Shown: positions 38,815 to 50,600 of the stretch, piece by piece
How positions within the stretch are numbered: the stretch's first letter is position 1
Layout of the letters: each line of letters opens with the position of its first letter
Source of the DNA: Stylophora pistillata
Taxonomy: Eukaryota
Direction: 5' to 3'
NCBI RefSeq assembly: GCF_002571385.2
Contig: NW_019217786.1
Location: 1,203,021-1,267,020, forward strand
Length of the DNA: 64,000 bases
Program-made: the position numbers and the translations under genes
The notes under the pieces: model-generated
What the model was told of the DNA's origin: nothing
The model's input: only the letters and a program-made list of their open reading frames with translations
The model's database searches: none

Positions 38815-41009
38815 TTAAATCAAATTTCGCTCTGGCCTTGCTGCTTCATTCCAGTTGTAAACAGAAACTTCCCTTAATGCTATAGATCTCTGGTTTGTGA
38901 CAAGTTTATTGATCCTTAAGCTAATTGCAAAGACTGTTTTATTTGCCAAGTCTTTTGGGAAAGGATGAATTCTTTTATGTCCTATGGTGCTTCGCGGCTC
39001 TGGAATCGAAATCCAACCATCTTCAGTTTTCAGCTTTAGTTCATATTTCATGACCAACTGACCCTACTTCTCAATATCTTCCATCAGGATAACAGAACCA
39101 TTCAGACTTTGAAATGCTGCAAATTTCCAAATTTTCTTCTTTCCGAGTTTTAATCTGGGCTTAAATGATTTTTTGACAGGGTCTTTGTACAACAGTGCAA
39201 TCGCCTTTCCCAATTCTTCGTATGCCTTACGATCTCCCTCGGGTACCAGACCCCGGGTATCGGGATTGAGGTTCAGAATCAAAGTACATCCATGACCCAC
39301 ACTTGTTAGATATTCTCTTAAAAGTCTGCTGACACTTTTCACCGAGTGCTCCGTGTCAGGTTGCCAGAACCAAAAGTGCTCACGAATAACAGTATCGCAG
39401 TTTGCGGGACACAAGAGCTGGCCATAGGGGCTTCCTTGCATTATTTTACCTGTAAGGGGATGGAAAATTAAAATAAAACCTCGTGAAATCAAGTTAGATT
39501 TAGTTTTTCATCATTTCATTCTTAAATTTGCAATTCTAACCAGAAAAGGCCAGGAAGCTGGAGTTTTTATATGGAAACGAACAGTTCGGTGACAAGATCT
39601 TTAACTCACCATCTGGTGTCTTCTCGGAACATTTTCCTTTGGGTACGGCATACCACTGCGGTAAAGGTGCGAACGCCTTTTCGTTACCAACCCAGTGTAA
39701 TCCTTGATTACCAGCAAAAGTGGGACATTCGTCACAGATTGAGTTATTGGCCAACTCACGTATGATTGGTCCGATATCAGGACTCACGTTTGAGACGATA
39801 CCAGCATCAAACCAAATGTAAAAAGGGTCTTTATATGGAGAGCTAGCATTAAATAATTCACGCATTTGTTCTTCTACAATCTTTTTATAGCACTCTTGTG
39901 TTGCGGGAACACCTGTGGTATAGTTATCCACTCCCATATACCAGTTGTTATGCACACTATAAAAGTATCCATATTCCAAACCATATTTTTTGCAGGACCC
40001 GATAAAGTCAGCCAGGACGTTTCCCTTTCCGTCTCTCCACTTTGTATATTTGACGGAGTACCTGTAGTCTGTAGCGGTGGGCCACATGAGAAACCCGCTG
40101 AAGTGGTCGATGGAAAAAAGGATGTATTTGGCACCAAAACTCTTAGCTGCCTCAAGCCATTGATCTGTTGAGAGCTCTTCTGGATTGAAAGTGTCTACGG
40201 GCACAACATGACCTGGCAAACAAAATATATGGTTTTGACGTCCTGTTAAACAGGGAGAGCTCCCTTTCAGCGCGTCTCTCTTCCACGCTTGTTACACGCT
40301 TTCGAACCAATTGCCTGCTACGTAGGCTAAGGAATCCTGATCCTCGACTCTATCAGACAGTGATCATCTCCTTAAAGCCATGTGCGCATTTCAATTGATA
40401 ATTGCAAAACTGAGCAGAGAAACAGTGGGATATGAAAGCAACCAAAGGGGTTTCGAAACTAATCAGGTGACATATTTTGGTCCGGATGGAAAGGTGGATG
40501 ACAAGATCGTCACACGAGCGGAAAATTAAATAAACACACCATTTGACATCGGACAAGAAATAAGTTTCTTTGCCGCCTACACTCGCTGTTATTTTCCAGG
40601 GTGAAGAGCAACGGAAAGAAATATTATCCATTTAACGTTTCGGTCGATTTTAAAATCTACTACACGAAATCATAGTGTACAAACAACAGCGTTTTGTTTG
40701 TTATACAATTGAAACTACGAATGAAAACAGTTAATTCTTTCCAACAATTTTTTGACAAATCCGTTTAATGAAGCCGCAGTAACTGGCCATGATACATAAT
40801 CACGTCATTGCTCGAGGAGCAAATTTCTTACCTGGCTTCATATAGCGGTTAAACGTTTGCATGTTGAAATGAACAATCGCTCCCACTTCATAATCCAGCC
40901 ATTTTGCTTGGGTTTTGGTCGGTTTTGGTACCGTAAAAGTATTCACACTTCTCATCCAGTGAACATATAGAATAATTCCTAAAACTAACAAGATGTGAAG
41001 ATTTACCAT
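38815..41009 (-). CDS. Secreted alpha-L-fucosidase, GH29 (subfamily B-like); in-frame TAG at 39064-39066
   Basis: Exons 41009-40832, 40212-39610 and 39449-38815. Signal peptide, PTKTQAKW..VHFNMQTF, FNPEELSTDQW, DHFSGFLMWPT, nucleophile motif IWFDAG, WVGNE, SVGHGCTLILN and MEDIEK*GQLV. Confidence 0.87.
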
Positions 41010-41612
41010 CCTGTTAAAGGTATTGAGTGCCTGACAATGTAGGTTTGCTTCGTCGTTTTTCACGTTGAGGAGTGTCAAATAGAGATACCTGTTCACTGGC
41101 AGGTCGCATAGCACGCATGATGAACGTTTTTAAGGCTCTGGCCCCCCGGTTGTTCAAAGGTTGGATGACGCTATCCACTGAATAAATCCCTATCCAGGCC
41201 AGTGGATAACGTAGTGGGGTCCGTAGTGTGTTTTGCAATCAAACAAATCGAGCAAAGATGAAATGAAATAAAACAGTTTTCGAAATGATTCTGATTTTTA
41301 ATCATCTCTTGGAAATTCTACCGTTACGTATCGTAATGATATATTTTTTTTAGATTTTCTTATCTATATAATATAATTCTTTAGAATGTGGCTTATGGAG
41401 AAAATTCTTAATTAACAGTTCGTATCTAAAAGCAAGATAAAAAAATTATGCACTAAAATGTAATTAGGCGGGGGTTGGAAGTTGGTCTTAGTCTTTCTAG
41501 ACATGAAAATGTCACGAAAAATACATATCAGCATTGCTGTTAATTGGAAAAAAATTTTCGTTTATTTCACATTCCAGGAAGATAGAATCTTTTTGTTGTA
41601 TCATTCATCTTT

Positions 41613-44600
41613 TCAATTGCTGACGGTTTCATTCTTTTGCGTTGAATTTGAATTGAGCTTTCCAAGTTTAAGTTCCAGTGTTTCTCGATTTTCCATCATC
41701 TATGAAGAAAACAAAAGGAAAAACTTGTGATTAGCGAGAGATATTTCTTGAGATTAATGAGACAAATGTTCAGTTTTATTACACAGTATCCGTCGGGAAC
41801 AACTCATCTAAATCCTACCGTTTTAAGTTCCTCTTGAAGTTCACTGTTAACTTTAGAGAGCGCAGCATTTCTTTCTTTCAAATCATTTATTCTCGTATTT
41901 AATTTATCCTCCTTGGTCAGTGGTCTACAAAGAAGAGAAAAAGAGAGTCAATGCTAACAGTGGCATTATATGTTCACTTGGTAACTAATGCTTCACGCGA
42001 AAAAGGAAATCTGCCAAAAACTGCTACGTATCATTCCTTTTTTTGATTTAATAGGCCACCGTAAACTGGCTCTAAAAGAGCGTCATGCAATCTCCTTCGC
42101 GGGAAATGGACGAGTGCGTGACCACATTTCATGCCATACTAACGAGCTGATGTGATCAAATTACCAGTGCCATTTCTGACAAAGCTTTACCTTACTACAA
42201 CTTTTGGCGGTTCCGTGTTAAGTTTTCTTTCTTTTTCGCCATCCTTGTCTATTCGCCTTCCTTGTTTCAGTGTTGGAGGACTTGGAGGTTTCTGTGGGTG
42301 GTAAATAAAGATAAGAAAAAAAAAAAAAACAGAACAGTTATTAGTGAATTAGAATGGAAGTGAACGAATGAAGTGAAAAGTGGGGCTACAAATTTTCAGG
42401 TGGATGCGCAGTCTGAGACTCCCGGACTTGTTATTAGAAAAATGCCTTCTCATGCCAACTGAGATCTTACCTAAGTTCAGGTCACTTTATTGTAAAAGCT
42501 AGCGCTAAGAAGTCACGACGTTTCGACCTCTCTGAGGTCATTTTCAAGTGAGTAAGTTTTCCAAATCAGCATAAATATGTTGAAGCAAGTTGAAGACGAT
42601 AAAATGTGGCGAACGCTAAAATATGTGAAAAAATGTAAACAATATACAATGGAAGAGAATAAAAGAATAACGGAATAAAAGAATAAAATAATCGTAGCAC
42701 GAATTGTTCTAAACATATAGTTTGGCGCGAATTGAATCGCACTGTTTGTTAAGCGTTGGTTTCAGTTCTTTGATAAAAAAAACATTTCAAAAACAAGACA
42801 GTCAAATTTGTTCTGACACTTCCTTAAGATTCGAAAACTCTTTTTGATGTCTTCTGGCTCCATGTCGTGCTGCTCTCTGAGGTGGTGTCTGATTGCCGAT
42901 CCTTTGTGTTCTTCAATTCGTTGGTGCAAGTGTCGGAAGGTGTTGAACATTGAGTAACGGGCAAAATTGGCAAAGAAAAAACCCGCTGCAAAAAGGCAAA
43001 GCTGAAGAAACTGCTGAAAAGCACAACAGCAAATCGACAGGCAGCTTAAGTAATACCCTTATCGCTGAATTGAGTTCCCTCGGGTAGGTTTATTATTTCA
43101 TACAATTCGAAGCAGTTGCCTATGTTTTGCATCAAGGCCGGTACTTGCTTATTGAAACGAAAGTTCATTTTTAACCTTATGTACAGCAAATGTAGATTTG
43201 ATAGCGTCTTCTTTGTTCGTAATTTGGATGCCAGCATGGAGAGGAGTGCCAGTACTGTTTTTTTTTTTTCTGACAAAATGGTGCTTTTATAGTAGTGGGC
43301 TTGCGCTGCCTGTGAATATACGTCATCAAATAGCTGCTCCCGCAGTCCCCGAAGTCGCCATGTTAATTAAACCAACACATTCAAATATACATTCTTCTTG
43401 TTAACGTTCAAAAGTGGCCGGGTATTCTACATTTGCTCCAAACTCTGTGTGCCAACTGACAGCCTGACATAGCCCCTTTTAAATTAAGCAGAAAATTCAG
43501 AAGTTTCTTTCCGATAAGCAAACAATAATTAAACCGAACAATAAAGGCTTGGTGCTTCAAGTTTTTACCAAGAAGATCGAGAAATATCGAATGAAACAAA
43601 GGAAACGTGGACGATGCTTAAAAATTTTAAATGTATAACGAGAAACAAATAATATTTGGGATCCATGAGAATAAATTAATCTGAGTCACATGAAATAAGC
43701 TCACTGTCGTGNNNTCTTTTATCAGCCATTCGGGTATGTGAATCCTCAGACACTTTTGATTCAACCAATCTGCGAATGGTTGACTGCACAAGGTCGTCAG
43801 AATAGCGCAGTCGGGAGAAGATCTCTTTAAGGCGTTCACATTCCTCATGAAAAAACTTCCACGTAGACGAGAGTTGAAACGCACGGTTTATTTTATATTT
43901 TTATTCCTTTATTCTTTTTTTTCTCTTCCAGTGTATATTGTTTACACTTTTTCACATATTTTAGCGTTCATCACATTTTATCGTCTTCAACTTGTTTCAA
44001 CATAATGATTTATGCTGATTTGGAAAACTTACTCACTTGAAAATGACCTCTGAGAGGTCGAAACGTCGTGACATCTTAGCGCTAGCTTTTATTTCAAAGT
44101 CGATTTCTAAGAAACTACTTATTAACACTTTATTGTAATATAGGTATATTATATGACACGTACCAACTTCGGAACCGGTCGTGGTAAGGCCTCCTGGGTG
44201 TGAGGAGGTCTGCTCACTGCTGCCGTGACTCCTGAAGAACAGAAGAACTAAAAGTCAGCAAGGACGTACAAGTGTTCTTCATAAAACTAATTAACAAAAT
44301 ACACATCGCAAAACATTTTGAGCCGAAGGTTCTTCATGCCTCACCTTCATTGGTAGTCTTCTGGGCAGGCGTTGAACCAGACCAACCTACCTCCTGATAC
44401 AAGAAAAGTAAACAAAACGAACGATTACATTTCTCTTTCAACATTTAGAGACCATTTTCGGCCTGGCGTTTTAAAATTTATTAGATAAGGAGACGTCACA
44501 TTCAGTTGCCGCTTTCCACTGTCCGGCACCCTACCTTTTCACAGCTGCTCTTCAGCAACAGAGGTGATAATGACGATACACAAAGCAAAGCCCACCCAAA

Positions 44601-47600
44601 AGTACGTGTATACGAGTCGGCCTTTGACACATACGAACGACGAAACAGAGATAAACGAATATCTTAAAACCCTTACATGCGAGTGGTCCAGTGAAAACGA
44701 TCTCCGATGAATCCCGGGACGAACAGATGAACCATGCGTGCCTTCACCTTCCTGTGCTTCAACAAAACTTTCAAATCTGCTGAAGTCTGCAAAATCTTCC
44801 TGTTTTTCTACATTGTCCTTTTCGTCTACAACTTTCTCTTGTTCGGTACCATTCTCTTTTCTGTGTCTGGGTGTGTTGGGTTCGCTCCTTACTGGCGCTG
44901 CACTGTCGCCCGTCTAAAATACAGAACTATAGTTGAAACCTGTCTAGGAATAATTAAACTAAAAAAAATTGCACGCGTCTGATTGGCTGAAAACGAGTGT
45001 ATTTTCCATGTAACATGAGTGCAAAGTTGTAACACGAGTGCAAATTATAAATGGCGCGCGCGCACTGTCAAAATTTCGTCTTTCTCGACTTTCTGTGATG
45101 CTTTTCTCGTGAAAATTATTCTCAAGAAAAAAACACGATTTCTCATACAATTTGGTGAAGTGAGCACATCGAAATTATTCAAAGACTACACATTGCACTC
45201 GCCCTACCGGCTCGTGCAATTTTGCTGCCTTTGAAAACTTTACTCGTGCCTGTTAACACCAACTTGCACTCGAAATCATGTCGATGCCTATAGTAATTTA
45301 TTGACCAAGCTTGCTGTAATTTTGCCAGTTTTATCAAACACCGCATTCACGCACCTGACTAGAAAAACTTGACGACGTTGATGGTGGTGTCCCTGTAAAA
45401 TAAACAAAATAAACAAAAGTGATCTTATAACTCGAGAAATGCTGATTACCAGGAGATGTCCAAATATGCAGATTAAAGAAAGAACATTCCGTAAGTCTGG
45501 TCGCTGTAAATAGGAAAGACGATAGCACTAAAGCTTGTAGACAGGGGGCCTTTCAATTAAAACAATATCAAACGTTATTTTTGAGCAACATAAGATAGAT
45601 AAATGCATAATAATGTATAAGCGAATTAATGGGCGTTTGCCGAATTATCTAAATGAGCACTTAATTNNNNNNNNNNNNNNNNNNNNNNNNNNNNNNNNNN
45701 NNNNNNNNNNNNNNNNNNNNNNNNNNNNNNNNNNNNNNNNNNNNNNNNNNNNNNNNNNNNNNNNNNTTTAAATGCATATTTTAAATGTTTACATATTTTA
45801 GCTTACATATTTATCTGATTATATATTATTAGCCTCTGGCTATTAAGTGCTACCCTCTTTAAATAAAGGCTTTCATTCATTTCATTCATTTATCAAACGT
45901 TATTGATACAGCATACTTCTAGCAGCAGCAAATAACACATATCTAACGTCGCTGAATCAGACAGAAGTAACAGACTGCTTTCACATAACTTGAAGTACTA
46001 TACTGTATCTACTGAGCGACTATGGCGTTTGAAGCTGACCGAAACCTTTCGACAAGCATTTATTACTTCAACTAAGAGTGGGATAGGGCGCATAAAGAAT
46101 GCTAAGGAGATCTAAATTTTCCGGGTTCTCCCACAATATGAGATGTTAAAGAACGGAACAACAAATTTCTAATGATACATTCTAAAACAGGACATATATA
46201 TCTATACCTCTATTCTCTTTAGCTTTTGTAGCAAAAAGCTTATTAAGATCCAACGAAGACGATCTTGAATGACCTTTCTTGTTCCTAGGGGGTGGAGGAG
46301 GGGGGTCTTTCTTTCCTTCTGAAGACACAGAACTCGGACCCTCTTCTTCGACTGGTGTTGTCACCAAACTAGAATCACTTTTAGTATTAAGTTTTACATC
46401 TCCTGTTGACCTCGGCCTCTCACCACTTCTCCTATTCACTCGATACACTACTTCTTCCTTTCCGGCTTCTTCCTTGGGTTGTTCATCTTCCTGCTCCTCC
46501 TGTGCCAGAGATGGAGGTGAAGGTGTTCTCATTCCCTCGGGGGAAAGTGGTGAGGTAGGAGTATCCTCCTCAGGTGAGGAGGGAGGTGATTCGGAAGGTT
46601 CAGGGGAGCCTGAGTCTTTTTGACGCGGTGATGCCTGCTAAATAAATTTATTAGTGGGTGTCCAGCCATCACGAGCTTGTTTTCCAGATGGAGGCGGGAG
46701 CAGCTGCCCTGGAAGAGCATCGAGAAGACTGGGTTTCACTGCTGCTCTTGGTCGCGCTATCTCTATCTCTGCCGTAACTTGGGTGGGGCTCATAGGTCCA
46801 CTGTGTGGCACTTCACCTTGCTGAGAAGGCGTACTTGGCATGTTAATATGAAGAGGGTTCACAGGATTACCAAGGTTGGTATTCCTGCTGGATTGGCCAT
46901 CTGTTATGGCATCTTCTACAGAAGCTGGATCTGACAGTGACCTGGGCTTTGCAACATTGTCCTCATTTCCCTGGAGGTCACCTTGTGATGGTGTGGCTTG
47001 AACAACTGACAACTACATAAAATTATCAAAAAAACCAACATAAAACCACAGTCCTTTGTGCACTTTCTAGTAAAAGGCAAACTTAGAGGCTATGAGATCA
47101 ATTTAAATCTAAGGAAATAAACTGCATTTAAGAACATTTTTCAGTTTTCACAATGTAAAAGTTTACTTACCGCTTTCTTTCTCATAGGAAAGTTGTTAAA
47201 ATTAGTGCGCTGTGCAGTGCTTTCAGAAGAACCACTGAAACGTAACCAGTGCTGTGCAGACAGATAGTGCAAAATAGTGGGTACAGTGCTTACTAACAAA
47301 ATCATCATTAATCACTATGCAGTGCAACTGTTATTTCAAACAGGGATATTTCCTTACAGAAATTTTCAATTGAGTGTTAAATCAACTGGAAAGGCATTGA
47401 ATTTAATTCACCATGTCCAGCCACTCAGTTCTGCAAAAATTTTGCCATCCTCTCATGTAATTAGCTGAAAAAACTAAAGCAAATCAGGCCTTGGTTTTCC
47501 GACAGCGTGTTATGCCAGTCTTTATGAGTTCTCAATGGCTCACTGGGAAGACAATTTTGTTTCAAGACTGGCTACAGTGTTGACTTTGTTTCTGATTTTA

Positions 47601-50600
47601 TGACACCCAATCAAAAATTTTTCTGTGCAAACAACATGACATAGACAATGGTAAAGACACATCTTCTGCATCAAAACTGATGTCAACAAAATTAAACATC
47701 TCAAAACTTATTATTATATAGTTGTATCATTCAACAGGTAAACAGATGAATTTGCCTAGTACATAATCTAGTAACAACTGAAGTTCCAATTCTGCCTCAA
47801 TTAAGAGACATCTGGAATTCAACCACAGAGAAATCTATGTTAACCTACAAATTTCTTTTCAGATTTGTACACTGAGCAAAACTATAACTAAATTCCCAAT
47901 TCATCTCTTGATAAATTTTTATCACGAAAGTTTTCCCACAGGGTTTTGAGGAAGATCAAAACTTGAGAACAATAGTTTATTACATATATCAATGGAATCA
48001 ACAAGAGATATATGATCCTAACACAGCATGAAATCAGTGCTCAAGAGGCACAAATATGTTTTTCCCTTAGTCTACATTATTTTTAATTATAACAATGCCA
48101 ACTTACATGGTGTAACTGACAAACGTTTATCACTTTTGGTAATCTACCCGAGATGTGATCATTTCTAATTATACTAACAATGATGTACCTCTGGTGATGA
48201 AACATTTCCTTTAACACCTTCTGGTTCTTCACTTTCATCTGTTTGAGGTGGCACATCAACTGGACACATGTCTTCTCACAGATGGTAATAAAAAAAAATT
48301 AAGAGATGTGCAGAATAAAACACAGGCAATTTTTAATGAATTTTTTTTCCGTGTGCATTTCATTAAGGAATGCAAGTCACTTACTATGAGAAGGAGAATC
48401 TACCAGTCTATCAAAAATCACCGTGGATTTTTCTTGTCTCAACCCCTTAAGGACTTAGCATTTTCATTCAAACTGAAATAGCAGGCAAATTATTTGTAGT
48501 ATCCCTATAAAAAATGCATTTTCTTAAAGTTTGAGAAGCAATGATTTCAGATATTTAAATCAATTTTATAAATTTGAACATTAAACAGATTGGGAGGTCA
48601 TTCTTTCATGCTGAGACATTTTACTTATTTCAACACCTTTTCTATTTTACCAGAATGTGATCTGCACATACTGAACTAAAAAATATTGTCTGAGATTTGC
48701 ATCTTAAAAGTTCAACTTATTTATAGTGCATTTTTCAATCATTTTTAATTTCAAAGTAACACTTTGAGCAAGATTTTAAAGCAGATGCTTTATCTCAAGG
48801 AGTACAAAGAAAATCCAAAATCCCAGACATGATTTTCATGATTCAAACACTAAACATTACCATGTACTTTCCTAATTCTGGAAATTATCAGCTCATTAAA
48901 GCCAGTTTTTATTTTACAGTGGGTTGGAGACCAGAGATTAACCCATGTATCAACTCAAAATTATTAAGTTTTGCATTAACACAGAGTATGCTAAGTGTAC
49001 CTTCATCCTTTTCTGGTAACAAGACAGTAGGTAAGGTCAGTGGCAGTTCCAGGCCATGTCGCATAGCTACAACAAGATGCATTGCAATGCAAAACTCATC
49101 TAGATTCAAAGCATTGTCCTTGTTGAGGTCTGACAAGTGCCTTAAAAGAGTACACAAGAAAATCATAAATTCAAATAACTGCTTTTACTTGCACTTTTTC
49201 AGGAACCCAATTCAAGAACTTTCAAGGACTTTTTAGGTCATATTCAAGGACCTTAGCTCTCAAGTTCAAGGACCTTTTACATTAATTAGGAGCTTATAGA
49301 AATAAACATTATATGCAGCATCGGTCAAAAATTCCAACAAGTATGCACATCAGAGTGATCACGTGCTAAGTAACCAAGGTTATTTTCAATGTACCAATCA
49401 AGTACAAAATATATAAAAAATCACGTATCAAACATCATAATCGGATGTGGGACTTGAAAAGAAAACTTGTTTTCGTGATTTGTGCCAGAAACTTACACTC
49501 TTAATTAACACTGGCAACAAAAGAAAACTTCGACTTTGATTCCTCTGCACTTATATTCAAGGACTTTTCAGAAATTTTCAAGGACCCGAGTCTAAATTCA
49601 AGGGTTTTCAAGGCCTTGAAAACAAAAAATTAAATTCAAGGACTTTCAAGGACTTTCAACCACCTCCCGGTTAGCTCAATGGATAGAGCACTGGACTGTT
49701 GTGTGGGAGGTTGAGGGTTCGAGCCNNNNNNNNNNNNNNNNNNNNNNNNNNNNNNNNNNNNNNNNNNNNNNNNNNNNNNNNNNNNNNNNNNNNNNNNNNN
49801 NNNNNNNNNNNNNNNNNNNNNNNNNNNNNNNNNNNNNNNNNNNNNNNNNNNNNNNNNNNNNNNNNNNNNNNNNNNNNNNNNNNNNNNNNNNNNNNNNNNN
49901 NNNNNNNNNNNNNNNNNNNNNNNNNNNNNNNNNNNNNNNNNNNNNNNNNNNNNNNNNNNNNNNNNNNNNNNNNNNNNNNNNNNNNNNNNNNNNNNNNNNN
50001 NNNNNNNNNNNNNNNNNNNNNNNNNNNNNNNNNNNNNNNNNNNNNNNNNNNNNNNNNNNNNNNNNNNNNNNNNNNNNNNNNNNNNNNNNNNNNNNNNNNN
50101 NNNNNNNNNNNNNNNNNNNNNNNNNNNNNNNNNNNNNNNNNNNNNNNNNNNNNNNNNNNNNNNNNNNNNNNNNNNNNNNNNNNNNNNNNNNNNNNNNNNN
50201 NNNNNNNNNNNNNNNNNNNNNNNNNNNNNNNNNNNNNNNNNNNNNNNNNNNNNNNNNNNNNNNNNNNNNNNNNNNNNNNNNNNNNNNNNNNNNNNNNNNN
50301 NNNNNNNNNNNNNNNNNNNNNNNNNNNNNNNNNNNNNNNNNNNNNNNNNNNNNNNNNNNNNNNNNNNNNNNNNNNNNNNNNNNNNNNNNNNNNNNNNNNN
50401 NNNNNNNNNNNNNNNNNNNNNNNNNNNNNNNNNNNNNNNNNNNNNNNNNNNNNNNNNNNNNNNNNNNNNNNNNNNNNNNNNNNNNNNNNNNNNNNNNNNN
50501 NNNNNNNNNNNNNNNNNNNNNNNNNNNNNNNNNNNNNNNNNNNNNNNNNNNNNNNNNNNNNNNNNNNNNNNNNNNNNNNNNNNNNNNNNNNNNNNNNNNN

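Larger units (their letters stand above)
42496..44125. mobile_element. Penelope-like insertion with inverted terminal repeats (pLTRs) and GIY-YIG endonuclease 3' end
   Basis: 13-bp direct repeat cactttattgtaa at 42483-42495 and 44126-44138. Region 42495-42650 is the reverse complement of ~43930-44090. Minus-strand RHLHQRIEEH...FDCLVFEMFF/KPTLN at 42720-42940. Confidence 0.82.

Noticed and set aside
17789-46640. Nuclear stop-codon reassignment
   Set aside because: TAA, TAG and TGA all terminate other genes normally in this window, and most exons have no internal stops.
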